A stretch of 16,919 nucleotides of DNA from Octopus sinensis (taxonomy: Eukaryota), in NCBI RefSeq assembly GCF_006345805.1, contig NW_021824937.1, forward strand, positions 1 through 16,919. The letters are read 5' to 3'. Below, piece by piece: positions 1 through 10,139 of the stretch. Each line of letters opens with the position of its first letter. The stretch's first letter is position 1. Below the pieces are notes generated by a model. That model made no database searches, was not told the origin of the DNA, and saw only the letters and a program-made list of their open reading frames with translations. Made by a program: the position numbers and the translations under genes.

Positions 1-3000
1 AAATCCTTTTTATATACTCTATTCTGGCTTTTTAAAATTTTCAGCAAGATTTGCGTAATTATAAGATCCCTACTCAGTTCTCCACGTGTGTGATATCATC
101 GAGCTCATTTTTCAGGGGATCAGTTTGAATATTCTGGATAATATGCGTTTTTAACAGCTCGTCTAAATCTTTTTATATACTCTATTCTGGCTTTTTAAAA
201 TTTTCAGCAAGATTTGCGTATTATAAAGATCCGTACTCAGTTCTCCACGTGTGTGATATCAATCGACTAATTTTTTCAGGGGATCAGTTTGAAATATTTC
301 TGGATATAATGCGCTTTTTACAGCTCGTCTAAATCTTTTTTATATACTCTATTCTGGCTTTTTAAAATTTTCAGCAAGATTTGCGTAATTATAAAGATCC
401 CTACTCAGTTCTCCACGTGTGTGATATCATCGAGCTCATTTTTTCAGGGGATCAGTTTGAAATATTTCTGGATAATATGCGCTTTTTACAGCTCGTCTAA
501 ATCCTTTTTATATACTCTATTCAGGCTTTAAAATTTTCATTAAAGATTTGCGTAATTATAAAGATCCCTACTCAGTTCTCCACGTGTGTGATATCAATCG
601 AGCTCATTTTTTCAGGGAATCAGTTTGAAATATTTCTGGATAATATGCGTTTTTTACAGCTCGTCTAAATCTTTTTTATATACTCTATTCTGGCTTTTTA
701 AAATTTTCAGCAAGATTTGCGTAATTATAAAGATCCCTACTCAGTTCTCCACGTATGTGATATCAATCGAGCTCATTTTTTCAGGGGATCAGTTTGAAAT
801 ATTTCTGGATAATATTCGCTTTTTACAGCTCGTCTAAATCTTTTTTATATCTCTGTTGGCTTTTTAAAATTTTCTGTCAAGATTTGCGTAATTATAAAGA
901 TCCCTTCTCAGTTCTCCACGTGTGTGATATCATCGAGCTAATTTTTTCAGGGGATCAGTTTTAATATTTCTGGATAATATCCGCTTTTACAGTCGTCTAA
1001 TCCTTTTTATTACTCTATTCTGGCTTTTTAAAATTTTCAGCAAGATTTGCGTAATTATAAAGGTCCCACTCAGTTCTCCACGGTGTGATATCATCGAGCT
1101 CATTTTTTCAGGGGATCAGTTTTAAATATTTGGATAATATGCGTTTTTTACAGCTCGTCTAATCTTTTTTATATACTCTATTCTGGCTTTTTAAATTTTC
1201 AGCAAGATTTGCATAATTATAAAGATCCCTACCAGTTCTCCACGTGTGTGAATCAATCGAGCTCATTTTTAAGGGGATCAGTTTGAAATATTTCTGGATA
1301 ATATTCGCTTTTTACAGCTCGTCTAAATCTTTTTTAATACTCTATTCTGGCTTTTTAAAATTTTCTGCAAGATTTGCGTAATTATAAAGATCCCTTCTCA
1401 GTTCTCCACGTGTGTGATATCAATCGAGCTAATTTTTTCAGGGGATCAGTTTTAAATATTTCTGGATATATCCGCTTTTTACAGCTCGTCTAAATCCTTT
1501 TTTAATACTCTATTCTGGCGTTTTAAAATTTTCAGCAAGATTTGCGTAATTTAAAGATCCCTACTCAGTTCTCTCCACGTGTGTGATATCAATCGAGCTC
1601 ATTTTTTCAGGGGATCAGTTTGAAATATTCTGGATAATATGCGTTTTTTACAGCTCGTCTAAATCTTTTTTATATACTCTATTCTTCGCTGCTTTTAAAA
1701 TTTCAGCAAGATTTGCATAATTATAAAGATCCCTACTCAGTTCTCCACGTGTGTGATATCAATCGAGATCATTTTTTAAGGGGATCAGTTTGATATTTCT
1801 GGATAATATGCGCTTTTTACAGCTCGTCTAAATCCTTTTTATATACTCTATTCTGGCTTTTTAAAATTTCAGCAAGATTTGCGTATTATAAAGATCCCTA
1901 CTCAGTTCTCCACGGGTATTATATCAATCGAGCTCATTTTTTCAGGGGATCATTTGAAATATTTCTGATATAATGCGCTTTTACACTCGTCTAAATCTTT
2001 TTTATATACTCTATTCTGGCTTTTTAAAATTTTCAGCAAGATTTGCGTAATTATAAAGGTCCCTACTCAGTTCTCCACGTGTGTGATATCAATCGAGCTC
2101 ATTTTTTCAGGGGATCAGTTTGAAATATTTCTGGATAATATGCACTTTTTACAGCTCGTCTAAATCCTTTTTTAATATATCTATTCTGGCGTTTAAAATT
2201 TTCAGCAAGATTTGCGTAATTATAAAGATCCTTCTCAGTTCTCCAAGTGGTGATATCAATCGAGCTCATTTTTTCAGGGGTCAGTTTGAAATATTTCTGG
2301 ATAATGCGCTTTTTCAGCTCGTTGAAATCCTTTTTTACTCTCTATTCTGGCTTTTTAAAATTTTCAGCAAGATTTGCGTAATTATAAAGATCCCTACTCA
2401 GTTCTCCACGTGTGTGATTCAATCGAGCTCATTTTTTCAGGGATCATGTTGAAATATTTCTGGATAATATGCGTTTTTTACAGCTCGTCTAAATCTTTTT
2501 TATATACCTATTCTGGCTTTTTAAAATTTCAGCAAGATTTGCATATTATAAAGATCCCTACTCAGTTCTCCACGTGTGATATCAATCGAGCTCATTTTTA
2601 AGGGGATCAGTTTGAAATATTTCTGGAAATATTCCGCTTTTTACAGCTCGTCTAAATCTTTTTATATACTCTATTCTGGCTTTTTAAAATTTTCTGCAAG
2701 ATTCGTAATATAAAGATCCCTTCTCATTCTCCACGTGTGTGATATCAATCGAGCTAATTTTTTCAGGGGATCAGTTGAAATATTTCTGGATAATATCCGC
2801 TTTTTACAGCTCGTCTAAATCCTTTTTATATACTCTATTCTGGTCTGGCTTTTTAAAATTTCAGCAAGATTGCGTAATTATAAAGGTCCCTACTCAGTTC
2901 TCCACGTGTGGTGATATCAATCAGCTATTTTTTCAGGGGATCAGTTTGAAATATTTCTGGATAATATGCGGTTTTTACAGCTCGTCTAAATCTTTTTATA

Positions 3001-6000
3001 TACTCTATTCTGGCTTTTTAAAATTTTCAGCAAGATTTGCATAATTATAAAGATCCCTACTCAGTTCTCCACGTGTGTGATATCAATCGAGCTCATTTTT
3101 TAAGGGGATCAGTTTGAAATATTTCTGGATAATATGCGCTTTTTACAGCTCGTCTAAATCCTTTTTATATACTCTATTCTGGCTTTTTAAAATTTTCAGC
3201 AAGATTTGCGTAATTATAAAGATCCCTACTCAGTTCTCCACGTGTATTATATCAATCGAGCTCATTTTTTCAGGGGATCAGTTTGAAATATTTCTGGATA
3301 TAATGCGCTTTTTACACTCGTCTAAATCTTTTTTATGTACTCTATTCTGGCTTTTTAAAATTTTCAGCAAGATTTGCGTAATTATAAAGGTCCCTACTCA
3401 GTTCTCCACGTGTGTGATATCAATCGAGCTCATTTTTTCAGGGGATCAGTTTGAAATATTTCTGGATAATATGCGCTTTTTACAGCTCGTCTAAATCCTT
3501 TTTATATACTCTATTCTGGCGTTTTAAAATTTTCAGCAAGATTTGCGTAATTATAAAGATCCCTTCTCAGTTCTCCAAGTGTGATATCAATCGAGCTCAT
3601 TTTTTCAGGGGATCAGTTTGAAATATTTCTGGATAATATGCGCTTTTTTCAGCTCGTTGAAATCCTTTTTATATACTCTATTCTGGCGTTTTAAAATTTT
3701 CAGCAAGATTTGCGTAATTATAAAGATCCCTACTCAGTTCTCCACGTGTGTGATATCAATCGAGCTCATTTTTTCAGGGGATCAGTTTGAAATATTTCTG
3801 GATAATATGCGCTTTTACACTCTCGTCTAAATCCTTTTTATATACTCTATTCTGGCTTTTTAAAATTTTCAGCAAGATTTGCTAATTATAAAGATCCCTA
3901 CTCAGTTCTCCACGTGTGTGATATCAATCGAGCTCATTTTTTCAGGGGATCAGTTTGAAATATTTCTGGATAATATGCGTTTTTTACAGCTCGTCTAAAT
4001 CTTTTTTATATACTCTATTCTGGCTTTTTAAAATTTTCAGCAAGATTTGCGTAATTATAAAGATCCGTACTCAGTTCTCCACGTGTGTGATATCAATCGA
4101 GCTAATTTTTTCAGGGGATCAGTTTGAAATATTTCTGGATATAATGCGCTTTTTACAGCTCGTCTAAATCTTTTTTATATACTCTATTCTGGCTTTTTAA
4201 AATTTTCAGCAAGATTTGCGTAATTATAAAGATCCCTACTCAGTTCCCACGTGTGTGATATCAATCGAGCTCATTTTTCAGGGGATCAGTTTGAAATATT
4301 TCTGGATAATATGCGCTTTTTACAGCTCGTCTAAATCCTTTTTATATACTCTAATTCTCAGGCGTTTTAAAATTTTCATTAAAGATTTGCGTAATTATAA
4401 AGATCCCTACTCAGTTCTCCACTGTGTGTGATATCAATCGAGCTCATTTTTTCAGGGGATCAGTTTGAAATTTTCTGGATAATATGCGCTTTTTACAGCT
4501 CGTCTAAATCCTTTTTATATACTCTATTCTGGCTTTTTAAAATTTTCAGCAAATTTGCGTAATTATAAAGATCCTACTCAGTTCTCCGTGTGTTATATAT
4601 CAATCGAGCATTTTTTCAGGGGATCAGTTGAAATATTTCTGGATAATATGCGCTTTTTACAGCTCGTCTAAATCCTTTTTATACTCTATTCTGGCTTTTT
4701 AAAATGTTTCAGCAAGATTGCGTAATTATAAAGATCCCTACTCAGTTCTCACGTGTTAATATCAATCGAGCTCATTTTTTCAGGGGATCAGTTTGAAATA
4801 TTTCTGGATAATATGCGCTTTTTACAGCTCGTCTAAATCCTTTTTATATACTCTATTCTGGCTTTTTAAAATTTTCAGCAAGATTTGCGTAATTATAAAG
4901 GTCCCTACTCAGTTCTCCACGTGTGTGATATCAATCGAGCTCATTTTTCAGGGGATCAGTTTGAAATATTTCTGGATAATATGCGTTTTTTACAGCTCGT
5001 CTAAATCTTTTTTATATACTCTATTCTGGCTTTTTAAAATTTTCAGCAAGATTTGCATAATTATAAAGATCCCTACTCAGTTCTCCACGTGTGTGATATC
5101 AATCGAGCTCATTTTTTCAGGGGATCAGTTTGAAATATTTCTGGATAATATGCGCTTTTTTCAGCTCGTTGAAATCCTTTTTATATACTCTATTCTGGCG
5201 TTTTAAAATTTTCAGCAAGATTTGCGTAATTATAAAGATCCCTACTCAGTTCTCCACGTGTGTGATATCAATCGAGCTCATTTTTTCAGGGGATCAGTTT
5301 GAAATATTTCTGGATAATATGCGCTTTTTACACCTCGTCTAAATCCTTTTTATATACTCTATTCTGGCTTTTTAAAATTTTCAGCAAGATTTGCGTAATT
5401 ATAAAGATCACTCAGTTCTCCACGTGTGTGATATCAATCGAGCTCATTTTTTCAGGGGATCAGTTTGAAATATTTCTGGATAATATGCGTTTTTTACAGC
5501 TCGTCTAAATCTTTTTATATACTCTATTCTGGCTTTTTAAAATTTTCAGCAAGATTTGCGTAATTATAAAGATCCGTACTCAGTTCTCCACGTGTGTGAT
5601 ATCAATCGAGCTAATTTTTTCAGAGATCAGTTTGAAATATTTCTGGATATAATGCGCTTTTACAGCTCGTCTAAATCTTTTTTATATACTATTCTGGCTT
5701 TTTAAAATTTTCAGCAAGATTTGCGTAATTATAAAGATCCCTACTCAGTTCTCCACGTGTGTGATATCAATCGAGCTCATTTTTTCAGGGGATCAGTTTG
5801 AAATATTTCTGGATAATATGCGCTTTTTACAGCTCGTCTAAATCTTTTTTATATACTCTATTCTGGCTTTTAAAATTTCAGCAAGATTTGCATAATTATA
5901 AGATCCTACTCAGTTCTCCACGTGTGTGATATCAATCGAGCTCATTTTTTCAGGGGATCAGTTTGAAATATTTCTGGATAATATGCGCTTTTTACAGCTC

Positions 6001-8665
6001 GTCTAAATCTTTTTTATATACTCTATTCTGGCTTTTTAAAATTTTCTGCAAGATTTGCGTAATTATAAAGATCCCTTCTCAGTTCTCCACGTGTGTGATA
6101 TCAATCGAGCTAATTTTTTCAGGGGATCAGTTTTAAATATTTCTGGATAATATGCGCTTTTTACAGCTCGTCTAAATCCTTTTTATATACTCTATTCTGG
6201 CTTTTTAAAATTTTCAGCAAGATTTGCGTAATTATAAAGATCCCTACTCAGTTCTCCACGTATGTGATATCAATCGAGCTCATTTTTTCAGGGGATCAGT
6301 TTGAAATATTTCTGGATATAATGCGCTTTTTACAGCTCGTCTAAATCTTTTTTATATTCTCTATTCTGGCTTTTTAAAATTTTCAGCAAGATTTGCGTAT
6401 TATAAAGATCCCTACTCAGTTCTCCACGTGTGTGATATCAATCGAGCTCATTTTTTTAGGGGATCAGTTTGAATATTTCTGGATATAATGCGCTTTTTAC
6501 AGCTCGTCTAAATCTTTTTTATATACTCTATTCTGGCTTTTTAAAATTTTCAGCAAGATTTGCGTAATTATAAAGATCCCTACTCAGTTCTCCACGTGTG
6601 TGATATCAATCGAGCTCATTTTTTCAGGGGATCAGTTTGAAATATTTCTGGATATAATGCGCTTTTTACAGAGCTCGTCTAAATCTTTTTTATATACTCT
6701 ATTCTGGCTTTTTAAATTTTCAGCAAGATTTGCGTAATTATAAAGATCCCTACTCAGTTCTCCACGTGTGTGATATCAATCGAGCTCATTTTTTCAGGGG
6801 ATCAGTTTGAAATATTTCTGGATAATATGCGCTTTTTACAGCTCTTCTAAATTCTTTTTATATACTCTATTCTGGCGTTTTAAAATTTTCATCAAGATTT
6901 GCGTAATTATAAAGATCCCTACTCAGTTCTCCACGTGTGTGATATCAATCGAGCTAATTTTTTCAGGGGATCAGTTTGTAATATTTCTGGATATAATGCG
7001 CTTTTTACAGCTCGTCTAAATCTTTTTTATATACTCTATTCTGGCTTTTTAAAATTTTCAGCAAGATTTGCGTAATTATAAAGATCCCTACTCAGTTCTC
7101 CACGTGTGTGATATCAATCGAGCTCATTTTTTCAGGGGATCAGTTTGAAATATTTCTGGATATAATGCGCTTTTTACAGCTCGTCTAAATCTTTTTTATA
7201 TACTCTATTCTGGCTTTTTAAAATTTTCAGCAAGATTTGCGTAATTATAAAGATCCCTACTCAGTTCTCCACGTGTGTGATATCAATCGAGCTCATTTTT
7301 TCAGGGATCAGTTTGAAATATTTCTGGATATAATGCGCTTTTTACAGCTCGTCTAAATCTTTTTTATATTCTCTATTCTGGCTTTTTAAAATTTTCAGCA
7401 AGATTTGCGTAATTATAAAGATCCCTACTCAGTTCTCCACGTGTGTGATATCAATAGAGCTCATTTTTTCAGGGGATCAGTTTGAAATATTTCTGGATAA
7501 TATGCGCTTTTTACAGCTCGTCTAAATCCTTTTTATATACTCTATTCTGGCGTTTTAAAATTTTCATCAAGATTTGCGTAATTATAAAGATCCCTACTCA
7601 GTTCTCCACGTGTGTGATATCAATCGAGCTAATTTTTTCAGGGGATCAGTTTGAAATATTTCTGGATATAATGCGCTTTTTACAGCTCGTCTAAATCTTT
7701 TTTATATACTCTATTCTGGCTTTTTAAAATTTTCAGCAAGATTTGCGTAATTATAAAAGATCCTACTCAGTTCTCCACGTGTGTGATATCAATCGAGCTC
7801 ATTTTTTCAGGGATCAGTTTGAATATTTCTGGATAATATGCGCTTTTACAGCTCGTCTAAATCCTTTTTATATACTCTATTCTGGCGTTTTAAAATTTTC
7901 AGCAAGATTTGCGTAATTATAAAGATCCCTTCTCAGTTCTCCACGTGTGTGATATCAATCGAGCTCATTTTTTCAGGGGATCAGTTTGAAATTTTTCTGG
8001 ATAATATGCGCTTTTTACAGCTCGTCTAAATCCTTTTTATATACTCTATTCTGGCGTTTTAAAATTTTCAGCAAGATTTGCGTAATTATAAGATCCCTAC
8101 TCAGTTCTCCACGTGTGTGATATCAATCGAGCTCATTTTTTTCAGGGGATCAGTTTGAAATATTTCTGGATAATATGCGCTTTTTACAGCTCGTCTAAAT
8201 CCTTTTTATATACTCTATTCTGGCTTTTTAAAATTTTCAGCAAGATTTGCGTAATTATAAAGATCCCTACTCAGTTCTCCACGTGTGTGATATCAATCGA
8301 GCTCATTTTTCAGGGGATCAGTTTGAAATATTTCTGGATAATATGCGTTTTTTACAGCTCGTCTAAATCTTTTTATATACTCTATTCTGGCTTTTTAAAA
8401 TTTTCAGCAAGATTTGCGTAATTATAAAGATCCCTACTCAGTTCTCCACGTGTGTGATATCAATCGAGCTCATTTTTTAAGGGATCAGTTTGAAATATTT
8501 CTGGATAATATGCGCTTTTTACAGCTCGTCTAAATCCTTTTTATATACTCTATTCTGGCGTTTTAAAATTTTCAGCAAGATTTGCGTAATTATAAAGATC
8601 CCTACTCATTTCTCCACGTGTGTGATATCAATCGAGCTCATTTTTTCAGAGGATCAGGTTGAATA
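1..8665. repeat. Tandem satellite DNA array, 169-bp monomer, 51 full copies plus one partial; open at the left edge of the window
   Basis: Consensus AAATCCTTTTTATATACTCTATTCTGGCTTTTTAAAATTTTCAGCAAGATTTGCGTAATTATAAAGATCCCTACTCAGTTCTCCACGTGTGTGATATCAATCGAGCTCATTTTTTCAGGGGATCAGTTTGAAATATTTCTGGATAATATGCGCTTTTTACAGCTCGTCT (169 bp; 57 G+C; T-rich plus strand). Monomers start at about 1, 165, 331, 499, 667 ... 8197, 8364, 8532, head to tail with no spacers. Similarity ends at ~8663-8665. Confidence 0.99.
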
Positions 8666-8682
8666 AATTGTAGCGTGCAAGC

Positions 8683-10139
8683 ATGGTCGTTTTTCCTGTG
8701 ATGCGCAAAAATGACAATCTTAAAGCAGAAAAAAGGGGTGCAAAGCACCCATCCCGAACAAAGGGGGATGTGGTAGAACCTGCTCAGGTAGCCCATGAGG
8801 ACGGCTGGCGTACCGTTGGGAAACCTAAACGTGTCGTTGCCGTCCAATTTCTAACAACTTAGGTTCTCGCAATTCGTCTTCGTAGATGGATCCGCCGTCG
8901 AAGAAGTCCGCTCGCGCGGGGGTAGAATTACCTTCGGCGTGGTGGCTAGACTAGAGGTCTTTCCCACCAGTGGAAAGGCCTCGGTCATAAGATCCTGGGA
9001 CGCTTGACTCTATACAGCCATCTGGCGGTATAGAGTCCTGAAGAGGGAGCCCACCCAATTCCTGCTTGGGTGGGAGAAGGAGGAGGACTTCTTCAGCTTT
9101 AAAGGAGAGCTGGAGAAGTCCAGCCCGTTCGGTCCTGGCATGCATCGGCTTGTCAGGATTGAACGAAAGGTAAGGCAGGTAAGAGTCCTGCTCCTCGGGG
9201 TCCCCCGGGACTTCGAGGATAATGATCTTTTAGGACACATACAGCGGGAGTACCCCAGTGCCTCTGCCCTTGCACGCTTCAAGCAGGGTAACCGCCCTCT
9301 TGAAGTGGTGGAGGTCATCCTAATCTGCGGTGGGGAGCATGGTCGCAAGACATGCCCCTCACCACCTATGGTGAGGCAGTGTGTCAACTGTGGTAAGTTA
9401 GGACACACTGCCAACTTCAAGGGTTGTCGTAAGTTCAAGGAGGCAACCCGACAGGTTGGTGGGGATGTAATCCCGAAGGTAGTCGCCCCCCTAGCGTCGC
9501 GGCCCCCGCACAACCACCGGCAAACAGGTAAAGCAGGCCACCTCCCAAGTCCGCTTGGGTGGCGAGGCCTGTGAAGCCTGCAAGCCACCGCACCCCTAGC
9601 GCCGCGGGCCCCAGCGCCAAAACTGGCAAACAGCAAAGCAGGCCAAAACCCCAAGTCCGCTTGCGTGGCGAAGCCTGTGATGCCTGCAAGCCACCGCACC
9701 CCAGCGTCGCGGCCCCCCGCTCCACAACCTGGCAAACAGGCAAAGCAGGCCAAACCTCCCAAGTCCGCTTGGGTGCGCGAAGCCTGCGAGCCCCATTGCT
9801 AGCGGGTCGGTACCGCCGCACGCCGACAAAGCCGTCGCCGACAAGCGGGTGGTGAAGCATCCGAGTCAGCTCAGATGCCGAAGCCTGCGATGCCCTCCGA
9901 GTCGGCTACAGGTGACACCGCCCAGTAAAAACCTGGGGGCGAAAAGGCTTCCCTCCATACGTGGAGATGCCATTGCACTCACCCCCTTGCGAGCGTGTGC
10001 CGCAGGACAGTGTTAGTCCTGCGGTGGAGTTATGTATACGCGTGATAACACTTTGTAGGAGATGAAGTGCAGTGTAGCGGATATGCTACGCCGCAACTAT
10101 GCCGAGGCCAAGAAGATCCTTGGCGAGGAGCCGATATGA
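8683..10139 (+). CDS. gag: LINE ORF1, gag-like nucleic-acid-binding protein (frameshifted in this sequence)
   Basis: ATG 8683/8701 gives MRKNDNLK...EDGWRTVGKPKR (WxxV-basic motif common in LINE ORF1). Central VLLLGVPRDFEDNDLLGHIQREYP...RFKQGNRPLEVVEV. Partial knuckle CGGEHGRKTC (9326-9355) and CVNCGKLGHTANFKGC (9380-9427). Then a P/K/A-rich repeat tail and a helical end ...MLRRNYAEAKKILGEEPI* with TGA at 10137-10139. Continuity needs several frameshifts, so the C-terminal boundary is inferred. Confidence 0.75.
9487..9790 (+). repeat. Internal tandem repeat in ORF1, ~106-108 bp x ~2.9
   Basis: Units start at ~9487, 9593 and 9699 (CCCC(T)AGCG..GCGG..CCCC...GGCAAACAG..AAAGCAGGCCA..CCCAAGTCCGCTTG.GTG.CGA.GCCTG). 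The reconstructed ~36-aa unit is approximately PSVAAPAPQPGKQAKQAKPPKSAWVAKPVKPASHRT. Confidence 0.92.

Noticed and set aside
1-169. TATA plus Inr (TATAAA, TCAGTT x2) promoter within each monomer
   Set aside because: TATAAA lies ~17 bp from the first TCAGTT rather than ~30 bp, and no TATA sits at -30 of the second. Such matches are expected by chance in AT-rich DNA.
1-169. Internal half-monomer (~84 bp) duplication
   Set aside because: Short similarities (TTTTCAGCAAGAT vs TTTTCAGGGGAT; TATTCTGG vs TATTTCTGG) have inconsistent spacing and do not align as halves.
625-8421. Many 60-137 aa ORFs (MKYFWIIC...) in the ORF track
   Set aside because: They are translations of the satellite monomer. 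The 169-bp unit is not a multiple of 3, so frames rotate, and most starts are TTG or GTG.
1-8665. CRISPR-like array
   Set aside because: The units are contiguous near-identical 169-mers with no unique spacers, there are no cas genes, and the context is eukaryotic.
8951-9860. Antisense ORFs of 64-250 aa over ORF1
   Set aside because: They are shadow ORFs of GC-rich, repeat-containing sequence with no recognisable motifs.
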